Below, piece after piece: positions 16,515 through 25,501 of a stretch of 26,728 nt of DNA (position 1 is its first letter; the number at the start of each line of letters is the position of its first letter). Source of the DNA: Thermoplasmata archaeon (GTDB lineage Archaea; Thermoplasmatota; Thermoplasmata; UBA10834); NCBI GenBank assembly GCA_022865445.1, contig JALHSX010000153.1, forward strand, positions 1 to 26,728. The letters run 5' to 3'. The notes below the pieces were generated by a model. It saw only the letters and a list, made by a program, of their open reading frames with translations. It did no database searches and was not told the DNA's origin. The position numbers and the translations under genes were made by a program.

Positions 16515-17672
16515 CTATTCGCCCTTCCTGAAGCCTCTGAAAATAGACTTCCTAGGGGTCGACTTCTCGTATGCACCAACGGATTGCGAGAACTGGTTCA
16601 GCAAATCCCTCTGCTGACTAGTCAGCTTTGTGGGGGTGGCCACACTGACCTTCACGAACTCGTCTCCATGGCCTCTGCCTCTCATGTCTGGCAGGCCCTT
16701 TCCTTTCAGCCTGAAGACAGTCCCGGTCTGAGTGCCGGCTGGCATGGTCACGAGGGCGGTGCCGTCGAGTGTGGGGACTTCGACTTCGGCTCCCAAAGCC
16801 GCCTGAGTGAATGAAATCGGGGTCTCGATGTACAGATCGCTTCCTTCCCTCGCGAAGAGTGGATGCTCCTGCATGTGCACCACTATGTAGAGGTCTCCCG
16901 ACGGCCCACCGTTCGGGCTCGCTTCCCCCGCGCCCCTGATCCTCAGCCTCATCCCTTCGTCGGCTCCCTTCGGGATAGAGATCTTGATGTTGCTCGTCGT
17001 CTGGCTGACTCCGGCTCCGCTGCATGCCGTGCATTCGCGGACTATGTGTTTCCCTTTGCCTCCGCAGGTCGGGCAGTCCGCGATCGTGACGAAGTTGGTG
17101 TTTCCCCTCCTCTGCCCTCTCTGGACTTGCCCCTGTCCCCTGCATGTCGGACATGTCTTGAAGTCGCCTTCTTTGGCACCCTTGCCACCGCAGGTCTTGC
17201 AAGCTACGGTGTGGGGAATGTGTATCTCCTTCTCAACGCCCTTGGCGACATCGTCCAGCGTCACCTCTATGTCATACCTGAGAGAGCGCCCTTCCTGAGG
17301 CCCTCTTCTCGCGGATCTTCCGAAAAACTGGTCGAAAATGCCCCCTCCGGCGCCGAATCCACCTAGGTCTCCGAAGATGTCGCTTATGTCTCCGTAGTGT
17401 GTGAAGTCGGACCAGTCGAACCCTCCTTGTCTGAAGGTGCTCTCAACGCCTGCATGGCCGTACTGGTCGTACCTCGCCTTCTTCTCGTCGTCGACCAGGA
17501 CCTCGTAGGCTTCGGAGATATCCTTGAATTTCTCCTCCGCCACTTTGACGTTGTCCTTGTTCATGTCGGGGTGGTGCTTCATCGCGAGTTTTCGGTAGGC
17601 CTTCTTGATTTCATCCTTGGAGGCCCCTCTCTGAACGCCGAGCACCTCATAATAATCCCGCTTCTGAGCCAT
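16515..17672 (-). CDS. dnaJ: Chaperone DnaJ (class A)
   Basis: J-domain with HPD, G/F region with DIF motifs, four CxxCxGxG repeats, C-terminal domain. Confidence 0.98.
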   Translation of the reverse strand: MAQKRDYYEVLGVQRGASKDEIKKAYRKLAMKHHPDMNKDNVKVAEEKFKDISEAYEVLVDDEKKARYDQYGHAGVESTFRQGGFDWSDFTHYGDISDIFGDLGGFGAGGGIFDQFFGRSARRGPQEGRSLRYDIEVTLDDVAKGVEKEIHIPHTVACKTCGGKGAKEGDFKTCPTCRGQGQVQRGQRRGNTNFVTIADCPTCGGKGKHIVRECTACSGAGVSQTTSNIKISIPKGADEGMRLRIRGAGEASPNGGPSGDLYIVVHMQEHPLFAREGSDLYIETPISFTQAALGAEVEVPTLDGTALVTMPAGTQTGTVFRLKGKGLPDMRGRGHGDEFVKVSVATPTKLTSQQRDLLNQFSQSVGAYEKSTPRKSIFRGFRKGE

Positions 17673-17718
17673 TCTTCAGTCCTTCCTGGTCTGATTGGAG
17701 TTGTCCTGACCGGGTGAT

Positions 17719-17751
17719 GAAAGGGAAGATGTTTGGATATAGAATAGGTTT
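17719..17751 (-). terminator. Two putative terminator-like tracts between dnaK and dnaJ
   Basis: Minus strand AAACCTATTCT (17751-17741) and AAACATCTTCCCTTTC (17734-17719). Confidence 0.4.
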
Positions 17752-17762
17752 GAGGAGGACTT

Positions 17763-19649
17763 CTACTTCTTCTTGTCGTCCTCGTCGTCTACGATCTTGT
17801 AGTCTGCATCGACGTAACCCTTGTCTTCGCCGGCTGGTCCCTCGGGCTCCGCGCCTGGAGGTGGTCCTTGCGCCTGCTGTGCCTGCTTTCCCGCCTCCTC
17901 ATAGATCCTCTTGCCTACCTCGAGAAGCGCCTTCTCCAGTTCGTCCAGCTTCTCCTTGATCTTCGCGGGGTCATCTGTCTGCACGGCCGTTTTGACCTCC
18001 TCGGCCAGCTTGTTTAGCCTGTCCTTGAGGTCCTGCGGAACCTTGTCTCCCACCTTCTCGAGGATGCCTGCAACCTCGAAGGCTTTCTGTTCGGCCCTGT
18101 TCTTCAGCTCAGCCTTGTCTTTTCTCTTGCGGTCCTCTTCTGCGAACCTCTCGGCGTCCTTGACCATCTTGTCGATGTCATTCTTTCCGAGCTTCGTCGT
18201 TGCGGTGATAGTGATCTTCTGCTCCTGCCCTGTCCCGAGATCCTTGGCCTTGACGTCGATTATGCCGTTGGCGTCTATGTCGAATGTCACTTCGATCTGC
18301 GGGATTCCCCTCGGCGCCGGTGGGATGCCGATCAGGTGGAATCTCCCCAGCGTGACGTTGTCAGAGGCCATCGGCCGTTCTCCCTGGAGAACGTGTATCT
18401 CGACGCTCGACTGTCCCTCGGCCGCAGTGCTGAATATCTCGCTCTTCCTCGTCGGTATTGTCGAGTTCCTCTCGATGAGCTTGTGGAACACGCCTCCGAG
18501 CGTCTCGACTCCTAGGGATAGCGGAGTCACATCCAGTAGAAGGATGTCCTTCACGGTGCCCTCCAGCACGCCGGCCTGGATCGCTGCGCCCATCGCGACG
18601 CACTCCATCGGGTCAACTCCTCCAACGATCTTCTTCCCGACGATCTCGTCCACGAACTTCTGAACGATGGGCATTCTCGTGGGACCGCCAACCAGTATTA
18701 CCTTGTCTATCTTGTCAGGTGTGAGCTTCCCATCTTCGAGAGCCTGCAACATCGGCTTTCTGCATCTCTCGACGGTTGGCCTGACGAGATCCTCCAGTTT
18801 TGTTCTTGTGAGCTTCATGGTCAGGTGTTTGGGGCCAGATGCATCTGCGCTTAGGTATGGGAGGTTGATCTCGGTCTCGAGGGTGGACGACAGCTCGATC
18901 TTCGCCTTCTCGCCAGCCTCTCTCACCCTCTGGACGGCCATCTTGTCCTTCGAGATGTCGATGCCGGTGTCCGACTTGAACTCCTTCGTGATGTAATCGA
19001 CGATCGCGTTGTCCATGTCGGTCCCGCCGAGTTGAGTGTCACCGCTGGTCGAGATGACTTCGAACACTCCCTGTCCATACTCCATGATCGTGACATCGAG
19101 CGTGCCGCCGCCTAGGTCGAAGACAATTATCTTCTGCTCCTTCTCGGCCTTGTCCAGGCCGTACGCAAGTGCGGCTGCGGTCGGCTCGTTGATTATCCTG
19201 ACGACCTCAAGACCGGCGATCTGCCCGGCGTCCTTCGTGGCCTGTCTCTGGTTGTCGTTGAAATAGGCAGGGACGGTAATGACGGCCTTCTCGACCTTCG
19301 TTCCGAGGTATGCCTCCGCATCCCTCTTGATCTTCTGGAGGATGAACGCGGATACCTGCTGGGGCGTGTATTCCTTGCCGAACACCCTGACCTTGTAGTC
19401 CGTCCCCATCTTCCTCTTGATTGCCATGATTGTGCCTTCGGGGTTCGATACCGCCTGCCTTCTGGCGGGCTCTCCCACGAGCATCTGTTCGTCCTTCGTG
19501 AAGGCGACATATGATGGGAATGCCTTTCCACCGAGGCTTGTTCCCTCAGCGCTCGGGATGATCGTCGGCCTCCCTGCCTCCACCACCGCCGCTGCTGAGT
19601 TGCTTGTTCCCAAGTCGATTCCTATTATCTTCCCTTTTGACTCTGCCAT
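17763..19649 (-). CDS. dnaK: Chaperone DnaK (Hsp70)
   Basis: [46 protein letters not shown]. Short Gram-positive/archaeal-type N-terminal domain lacking the proteobacterial insert. SD GAGGTG upstream. Confidence 0.99.
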   Translation of the reverse strand: MAESKGKIIGIDLGTSNSAAAVVEAGRPTIIPSAEGTSLGGKAFPSYVAFTKDEQMLVGEPARRQAVSNPEGTIMAIKRKMGTDYKVRVFGKEYTPQQVSAFILQKIKRDAEAYLGTKVEKAVITVPAYFNDNQRQATKDAGQIAGLEVVRIINEPTAAALAYGLDKAEKEQKIIVFDLGGGTLDVTIMEYGQGVFEVISTSGDTQLGGTDMDNAIVDYITKEFKSDTGIDISKDKMAVQRVREAGEKAKIELSSTLETEINLPYLSADASGPKHLTMKLTRTKLEDLVRPTVERCRKPMLQALEDGKLTPDKIDKVILVGGPTRMPIVQKFVDEIVGKKIVGGVDPMECVAMGAAIQAGVLEGTVKDILLLDVTPLSLGVETLGGVFHKLIERNSTIPTRKSEIFSTAAEGQSSVEIHVLQGERPMASDNVTLGRFHLIGIPPAPRGIPQIEVTFDIDANGIIDVKAKDLGTGQEQKITITATTKLGKNDIDKMVKDAERFAEEDRKRKDKAELKNRAEQKAFEVAGILEKVGDKVPQDLKDRLNKLAEEVKTAVQTDDPAKIKEKLDELEKALLEVGKRIYEEAGKQAQQAQGPPPGAEPEGPAGEDKGYVDADYKIVDDEDDKKK

Positions 19650-19661
19650 GTTCAGCCACCT

Positions 19662-20270
19662 CTATTGGGTCTTGTCCTCATCCTCTTCAGTCTTGTGATT
19701 GGTATTCGTGCCATTAGTGTAATCCCCGTTCTCTTCTGGGTCTACCGCGGGTTCCTTCTTCTTGGCTACCTTGACTCTTGTCGGCCTCAACGGCTTCTGA
19801 CCTATCGCGTAGCCTTTTTGGTAGACCTCGAGTATCTCGCCCTCCTCGACATCGCTCCGTTCCTCCCTCATGAGGGCTTCGTGGACGAACGGGTCGAACT
19901 TGCCCTCCGCCTTGATCTCTTTAAGGCCTTCCCGTTGGAGGATCTGCAAGAGCTGTTTCTGAAGGCCCTCGAGCCCAGCCTTCAGGCTGTCCTGGTCGCT
20001 GTTCTTCTTCACATCTTCAATTGCCTTTTCGAACGAGTCCAGAACCGCCAAGAGGTCCGTCATAAGCCTCTGCGTCGCAAGCTTGGACCTCTCGTTCCAC
20101 TCCTTCTCGACGCGCTTCTTGTAGTTGTCGAAGTCGGCCTGAAGCCGTTTCAGGTCGTCCGTGAGCTCCGCGATGCGCTGGTCCTTGAGCGCTAGAGTAT
20201 CTGTGGCGGCAGCTTCCTTGGCCTCGCCCTCCTCGGGGGCCGCTGTCTCCCTAGCTTCCTCGTCTGCCAC
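19662..20270 (-). CDS. grpE: Nucleotide exchange factor GrpE
   Basis: RLQADFDNYKKR, FDPFVHEA, VYQKGY...LRPTRVKV. GGAGG lies 9 nt upstream of the GTG. Confidence 0.97.
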   Translation of the reverse strand: MADEEARETAAPEEGEAKEAAATDTLALKDQRIAELTDDLKRLQADFDNYKKRVEKEWNERSKLATQRLMTDLLAVLDSFEKAIEDVKKNSDQDSLKAGLEGLQKQLLQILQREGLKEIKAEGKFDPFVHEALMREERSDVEEGEILEVYQKGYAIGQKPLRPTRVKVAKKKEPAVDPEENGDYTNGTNTNHKTEEDEDKTQ

Positions 20271-20349
20271 TGTCCATCGCCTCCAGGCTCTCGATGATAT
20301 ACCGTCGGTCTACACGGTCGCCTTTGCGCTCGGTCATCTGACTGAATCA

Positions 20350-20367
20350 AAGAATTTGAAGGGGTTT
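20350..20367 (-). terminator. Putative terminator-like tract after the thermosome gene
   Basis: Minus strand AAACCCCTTCAAATTCTT starting 13 nt after the stop. Confidence 0.4.
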
Positions 20368-20380
20368 CATGGAGCGGACT

Positions 20381-22015
20381 TCAGTCCATTCCGCCCTCAT
20401 CGCCCATGTCAGGTCCCCTGGGTCCCTTTCCGCCCTTGCTGCCGCCCTTGGAGGCGATGACGTCGTCGATCCTTAGGATCATGACGGCCGCGTCGGTCGC
20501 CGAGATGATTGCTTGTCTTGCGACTCGGATCGGCTCGAGGACCCTTTCCTTCTTCATGTCCACGACTTTGCCGGTGAACACGTTGATTCCAGCGTATTTC
20601 TTGCCGGACTTGTGGGCCTGCCTCATCTCGATCAGGACGTCGATCGGGTCGAGACCTGCGTTCTCGGCTAGGGCCGTAGGGATGACTTCCATGGCGCTCG
20701 CGAACGCGTCAATCGCGATCTGCTCTCTGCCGCCGACGGATGCAGCGTAGTCCCTCAGCTTGAGGGCCAGCTCGGATGCCGTTGAGCCTCCGCCAGTTAC
20801 GAGCTTGCCGTCTTCGAATGCGACTGAGACGACGCTTATTGCGTCGTTGAGTGAGCGATCGATCTCGTCGATGACATGCTCAGTGCCCCCTCTGATGAGA
20901 ACGGACACTGCCTTCGGATTCTTGCAGCCGGTCACGAATGTCATCCTGTCGTCAGCGATCTTCTTCTCTTCAACAAGCGCAGCATCGCCGAGGTCGCTAG
21001 CCTTCAGGTCGTCGAGCTTGGTGACCAGGTTGGCTCCTGTGGCCTTTGCAAGCTTCTCCATGTCGCTCTTCTTGACCCTGCGAACTGCGTATATCTTCTC
21101 CTTCCCGAGGTAGTGCTGGGCGAGGTCGTCGATGCCCTTCTGGCAGAACAGCACCGTGGCTCCCGACTTCTTGACGATATCGACCATTTTCCTCAGCATG
21201 TTCTCCTCTTCGTCGAGGAACGCATGCAGCTGGCTCGGGTCGGTGATTTCGATCTTCGCATCGATTTCAGTCTTCTTGACCTCAAGTGCAGAATCGACCA
21301 AAGCAATCTTCGCCTTCTCGACCTTCTTAGGCATTGCGGGGTGAACAGCTTCCTTGTCGACGATTATCCCGGAGATCATCTGGGTGTCGTCCGTTGAGCC
21401 GCCCTGTTTCTTCACGATCTGGATGTTGTCGTCGTCGACAAGCCATTTGCCGTCCTTCTTCTCTGCTACGGCGCTCACAGCCTTCACTGCTACGTCCGCG
21501 AGCAGGTTCCTTGAAGCCGAAACGCTCTTCGAGATCATCGCCGTGCGGGCGATGTCCATGAGCGTCTCCTTGTCATCAGGAGACACAGAAATCGCAACGC
21601 TATCGAGTATCTCCCTCGCCTTCACCGCGGCTAATCTGTAGCCACCGGATATGACTGTTGGGTGGACGTTCTGCTCGATCAGAGCCTCCGCCTTTTTCAG
21701 GAGCTCGCCTGCGAGGATGACTGCGGTTGTCGTTCCGTCTCCGCACTCCTCGTCCTGTGTCTTCGCAACCTCGACGAGCATCTTCGCCGCCGGGTGCTCA
21801 ACATCAATCTCCTTCAGAATCGTCACGCCGTCGTTCGTGATGACGACGTCGCCCATACTGTCCACAAGCATCTTGTCCATGCCCCTTGGGCCCAGCGTGC
21901 TCCGGACGGCATCTGCGATGGCTCTAGCTGCGCTGATATTGTTGAACTGCGCGCCTTTTCCCTTCTCTCTCTTGGTTCCTTCCTTCAGGATGAAGATCGG
22001 TGTCTGTCCTATCAA
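20381..22015 (-). CDS. ths: Thermosome (group II chaperonin) subunit
   Basis: [64 protein letters not shown] abuts ATG 22021 directly but is 6 nt from TTG 22015, so TTG (MIGQTPIF) is the likelier start. Alpha/beta subunit type not assigned. Confidence 0.98.
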   Translation of the reverse strand: MIGQTPIFILKEGTKREKGKGAQFNNISAARAIADAVRSTLGPRGMDKMLVDSMGDVVITNDGVTILKEIDVEHPAAKMLVEVAKTQDEECGDGTTTAVILAGELLKKAEALIEQNVHPTVISGGYRLAAVKAREILDSVAISVSPDDKETLMDIARTAMISKSVSASRNLLADVAVKAVSAVAEKKDGKWLVDDDNIQIVKKQGGSTDDTQMISGIIVDKEAVHPAMPKKVEKAKIALVDSALEVKKTEIDAKIEITDPSQLHAFLDEEENMLRKMVDIVKKSGATVLFCQKGIDDLAQHYLGKEKIYAVRRVKKSDMEKLAKATGANLVTKLDDLKASDLGDAALVEEKKIADDRMTFVTGCKNPKAVSVLIRGGTEHVIDEIDRSLNDAISVVSVAFEDGKLVTGGGSTASELALKLRDYAASVGGREQIAIDAFASAMEVIPTALAENAGLDPIDVLIEMRQAHKSGKKYAGINVFTGKVVDMKKERVLEPIRVARQAIISATDAAVMILRIDDVIASKGGSKGGKGPRGPDMGDEGGMD

Positions 22016-22091
22016 TTTCATACCTCCATTTCCGTTATCTGGATTGACGAGATTCCGCGAGAATTCCCTGCGGGTAGGAGTTTGTATATGT

Positions 22092-22108
22092 TAGAACTTC
22101 TATATAAG
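22092..22108 (-). promoter_or_regulatory. TATA box of the thermosome gene with overlapping inverted repeat
   Basis: Minus strand CTTATATA (22108-22101) overlapped by TAGAA-G-TTCTA (22102-22092). Confidence 0.55.
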
Positions 22109-22361
22109 AGTTGTCATAAGCTACTGCTCGGTGGTTCTCATCCCGAACAGACTCGCCAGTTGTACCGATATGAACTGAGTGCTCCTATCGGTTTGACATG
22201 CCTCATCAGACTCATCAGGATTCCAAGTGGGACTTTCCTATGCCCGTGTGATTGTCTACAAGTTCAATCGTCTGTAGCGAATCCATCTAGCAAGGTTGAC
22301 TGCAATGCGAGAGACGTTACGTGTGTGAGCATGGACGATGTTTTATCTAGCTGCTCTCTGT

Positions 22362-22985
22362 ATGCCCGACCTCGTTCCTATGTTTGTAGTTCCATACGTG
22401 AATTTGAAGAATCGTACGCTTACGAAACGCGCATACGCTCGCGGAGAGATGTCCGAGTTTGCGTCGAAGCTCTCGGACAGTTTCAAGATGCTCTATGTCG
22501 CTGATGAGGACGGGATCACGAAGAATAAACCGCAGCTCGACATCGTGGGCGAAATCGCCGAAGAGATTCCTACACTGTACGAGGGGGGAGTTCGGTTTGC
22601 GAACAACGTGATTGACATGCTTATCACGGGCGCGGAGAAGGCCGTAATAGGTACCGCGACTCTTGCGAGCCTAGACGACCTTAGAGGAGCCTTTAAGCTT
22701 TCAGATAACATTACGTTCAAAGTAGACTACCGGGATGGGATCGTGAGTTTTGACCCCGCTATTGCTGGCAGAGCCTTCATCGACCTTTCTCGGGACGTTT
22801 GTGCGGTCGGCATCACCGACTTCATCGTCCCGACCAGTCTTGCCAAGGAAGCTGTGGCAGCGAAACGGGAACTCGGTTTCTCCCTAGGAGTCTTCGCTTC
22901 GGTGTCCGAGAGTTCCAGCCTGGAGACGCTCGGCGCGGACTACATCGTTTCGGAGGATTTCGGGAGACTGGTTGGCAATGAGTGA
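22362..22985 (+). CDS. HisA/HisF-related TIM-barrel protein, probably non-canonical
   Basis: LYVADEDG, YEGGVR, GAEKAVIGTA and VDYRDG match HisA strand motifs, but the protein is short (~207 aa). Start 22338 or 22362. Confidence 0.75.
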   Translation: MPDLVPMFVVPYVNLKNRTLTKRAYARGEMSEFASKLSDSFKMLYVADEDGITKNKPQLDIVGEIAEEIPTLYEGGVRFANNVIDMLITGAEKAVIGTATLASLDDLRGAFKLSDNITFKVDYRDGIVSFDPAIAGRAFIDLSRDVCAVGITDFIVPTSLAKEAVAAKRELGFSLGVFASVSESSSLETLGADYIVSEDFGRLVGNE

Positions 22986-23460
22986 CCTTGAGACAAGCAT
23001 CGCAATGTTGTTCAGGCGGAAAGGCAAGGAGTCCCTGACAGAACGTGAATTCGTTTTCTCCGCGTCGATGGAGACCCGATGGTTCTCGCCCAAGGAGGCC
23101 CAGACGCTGCTGGATGCTGGAATATCGGGAGGCTATCTGCAGAGGAAGAATGGGGACGTGTTCCCGACATTCGATTTCTCGAAAGTTGAAGTGCCCCTGG
23201 ACTACAAACCGACGAAGGAGATGCTCGACCAAGTGCCCAAGGCAAACCAAGATTTCTTCTCAGAGATGGTCGACAGGATCGTGAAGACGAAATCCGTGTC
23301 CAAGAGAGAGGTTGTTTCGAGAGTCAACAAGAAACAGGAGTTGCTCGGCATAGATGTTGAGCCGGCTGCACTTCTCGTTGCTTCGGATTACGGTCTATCA
23401 GTAGAGAGTGCATTCATAGCGCGCGCGACCACCGAGATACTGGGCAGAGACTTCCACTGA
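22978..23460 (+). CDS. DUF2240-family archaeal protein
   Basis: F.RKG...L.E.EF....S....WFSP..A..L, PTFD...VEVP.DYKP. Start overlaps the upstream stop (ATGAGTGA). Confidence 0.8.
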   Translation: MSDLETSIAMLFRRKGKESLTEREFVFSASMETRWFSPKEAQTLLDAGISGGYLQRKNGDVFPTFDFSKVEVPLDYKPTKEMLDQVPKANQDFFSEMVDRIVKTKSVSKREVVSRVNKKQELLGIDVEPAALLVASDYGLSVESAFIARATTEILGRDFH

Positions 23461-23472
23461 ATTCTTCTGTTT

Positions 23473-23964
23473 CTAGTCCTTCTGCATCCTTATCAGATCC
23501 GCAAGAGTGAGCGCCGAAGTGCTCATGCCCTTCGCGACCTGCGTGTCGACAACTTTTTCTCGGAGCTTTATCCCCAGCTCTTTCTCGAGCTTCCTGATGA
23601 CCTTGTCGTCAGGCCTCATCTGGTCGGTCTCGATCTTGCTGACTATTGTTTGACGTTCATTGATCTTCATCGCGAGATTCTTCTGTGTCATTCCCTTGCT
23701 CGAGCGCGCATTCCGTATGCGCTCCGCGAAATCCTCCACCAATTCATCCTTTCCCATTCCCTCGAGGACGTCTTTTGGTTTCGCTCTCAGGTTTCGGATC
23801 TCGAGCCTCTGAGTTACCACGGGGATCGGTCCCATTTCTTTCTCGGGCGCCTTTTTCGATTCGATGCCGAACTTTGAGCATTCGGAGCAAACCGCAAGCT
23901 GGACTCCTTCGATGGTCACCTTCTTGCAGAAGGTGACGTCCTTACCGCAGAGCTCGCACATCAT
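23473..23964 (-). CDS. mbf1: Archaeal multiprotein bridging factor aMBF1 (Zn-ribbon + HTH)
   Basis: MCELCG...IEG..L.VC..C.KFG, VEDFAERIRNAR...GMTQ..LA..I, KIE, KLEKELGIKL, TLADL. Confidence 0.92.
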   Translation of the reverse strand: MMCELCGKDVTFCKKVTIEGVQLAVCSECSKFGIESKKAPEKEMGPIPVVTQRLEIRNLRAKPKDVLEGMGKDELVEDFAERIRNARSSKGMTQKNLAMKINERQTIVSKIETDQMRPDDKVIRKLEKELGIKLREKVVDTQVAKGMSTSALTLADLIRMQKD

Positions 23965-23997
23965 GAAAACCACACATCTGGACTAGGAAGCCAAAGA

Positions 23998-24024
23998 ATA
24001 AATAGAGTATTTAACCTTATATAA
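23998..24024. promoter_or_regulatory. Back-to-back promoters of mbf1 and pan
   Basis: Minus strand TATTTAT (24004-23998) and plus strand CCTTATATAA (24015-24024). SD GAGGTG at 24053-24058 lies 7 nt before TTG 24066. Confidence 0.55.
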
Positions 24025-24065
24025 TTGCCAGCTCGGTATGAAGCGTTGTAACGAGGTGTAGTACA

Positions 24066-25274
24066 TTGGAACAGGACCAACCAAGCCCGATGTTGGAAGA
24101 AACTCATAGGAAGATTTCGGTCCTTGAGGAAAGAAACCTCGAGCTCGTCGAAGAAGCTCGCCGAGTAGAAGGAGAGAAGAGATTCGTCGAGGGGGAGCTC
24201 GTTCGGCTCCAGAAGGAGTTGAAGAGGCTCAAGGCCGAGCTGGAGAGGCTCAAGGCGCCACCGCTCATAATAGGGCAGATCAAGGATGTTCTGGCGGACG
24301 GGAGAGTCGTGGTGAAGAGCTCGACTGGACCCGACTTCATCGTCAGCACATCCGACTACGTGTCAACGGAATTGCTCATTGCGGGCGCGCGCGTGGCATT
24401 GAACAAGCAGACCCTTGCGGTCATGGGAGTGTTACCCCCGTCTCTCGATCCAATCGTGATCGGCGCGGAGATAATTTCCAAGCCGGATACTCTCTACGAC
24501 GACATCGGTGGCATGGAGGACCAGATCCTGGAGGTACGCGAGGCCGTCGAGGATCCGCTGCTGAGGCCGGAGCTGTACAAGAAGGTAGGCATAGACCCGC
24601 CTAAGGGTGTTCTGCTGGTCGGTCCTCCAGGTACTGGCAAGACACTGTTGGCCAAGGCAGTCGCCAAGCAGACCAACGCGACTTTCATCAGGTTTGTAGG
24701 TTCAGAACTCGTTCAGAAGTACATAGGTGAAGGTGCGAGACTGGTCAGGGAGCTGTTCGACCTTGCTAGGCTGAAGGCGCCTTCGATTGTGTTCATCGAC
24801 GAGATAGACAGCGTAGGTGCGAAGAGGCTCGAGCTCGCGACCTCTGGAGACAGAGAGGTCCAGAGGACTCTCATGCAGCTCCTCGCTGAGCTGGACGGTT
24901 TCAACCCGCTGGGCGAGGTCAAGATCATCGGCGCTACGAACAGACCAGATATTCTGGACGAGGCGCTTCTGAGGCCTGGAAGGTTCGACAGGATCATCGA
25001 GATACCGATGCCCAACTTCGAGTCGAGGACCGCTATATACAAGATCCACTCGAAACGCATGAACCGTGACCCCACTGTCAATCTCGAGGAGCTGTCCGCG
25101 AAGTCCGAAGGTTCGACAGGCGCGGATATCAAGGCCATTTGCACGGAGGCCGGCATGTTCGCGATCAGGGAGAACAGGGACATAGTGACGATGGTCGACT
25201 TCGAGAAGGCAATCTTGAAGGTCCTGGACGAGGACGAGGACAAAGGGATGGCATCCGGCCCGATGTTCGCCTAG
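24066..25274 (+). CDS. pan: Proteasome-activating nucleotidase (AAA+ ATPase)
   Basis: N-terminal coiled coil, PPLIIG OB domain, Walker A GPPGTGKT, pore loop KYIGEG, Walker [33 protein letters not shown]-terminal HbYX-like MFA. Confidence 0.98.
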   Translation: MEQDQPSPMLEETHRKISVLEERNLELVEEARRVEGEKRFVEGELVRLQKELKRLKAELERLKAPPLIIGQIKDVLADGRVVVKSSTGPDFIVSTSDYVSTELLIAGARVALNKQTLAVMGVLPPSLDPIVIGAEIISKPDTLYDDIGGMEDQILEVREAVEDPLLRPELYKKVGIDPPKGVLLVGPPGTGKTLLAKAVAKQTNATFIRFVGSELVQKYIGEGARLVRELFDLARLKAPSIVFIDEIDSVGAKRLELATSGDREVQRTLMQLLAELDGFNPLGEVKIIGATNRPDILDEALLRPGRFDRIIEIPMPNFESRTAIYKIHSKRMNRDPTVNLEELSAKSEGSTGADIKAICTEAGMFAIRENRDIVTMVDFEKAILKVLDEDEDKGMASGPMFA

Positions 25275-25303
25275 GCGAGGATTTCGAAAACCCTATGCGG
25301 AGG

Positions 25304-25465
25304 TCACTTCTCCGCTTCTTCTTCCATATCCTTTTCTATCACGAACGCACCGATATAGCCGCACTTCTTGCAGTGGTATTTGTAGCCCGTGATTAACCCA
25401 CTCTCGTAGTACAGGTCGGCAGAGCCACATTCCGGGCATGTGAGGACTGTCTTCGGTCTTTTCAC
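25304..25465 (-). CDS. Small zinc-ribbon protein (53 aa), absent from the ORF track
   Basis: GTG-started MKRPKTVLTCPECGSADLYYESGLITGYKYHCKKCGYIGAFVIEKDMEEEAEK*, with CPxCG...CxxCG. Own promoter-like AAACGGTTATTT at 25500-25489, 23 nt upstream. Confidence 0.85.
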   Translation of the reverse strand: MKRPKTVLTCPECGSADLYYESGLITGYKYHCKKCGYIGAFVIEKDMEEEAEK

Positions 25466-25501
25466 ATGACCTTCAGCATTGAGCGAGGAAATAACCGTTT
25501 G

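Noticed and set aside
20251-20337. 28-aa minus-strand ORF (MTERKGDRVDRRYIIESLEAMDSGRRGS) upstream of and overlapping grpE
   Set aside because: It has no SD or recognisable motif, and the GGAGG within it is correctly spaced for the grpE GTG. There is no evidence that it is a leader peptide.
22202-22218. Tandem CTCATCAG x2 and other short repeats in the ths-HisA-like intergenic region
   Set aside because: Only two 8-nt copies, with no spacer periodicity. Not a CRISPR array, and no ORF above ~25 aa was found here.
14870-22504. Long antisense ORFs (e.g. 14870-15805, 17911-18663, 21662-22504)
   Set aside because: These are shadow frames opposite well-supported conserved genes, with Ser/Arg-rich, motif-free translations typical of GC-biased codon usage.
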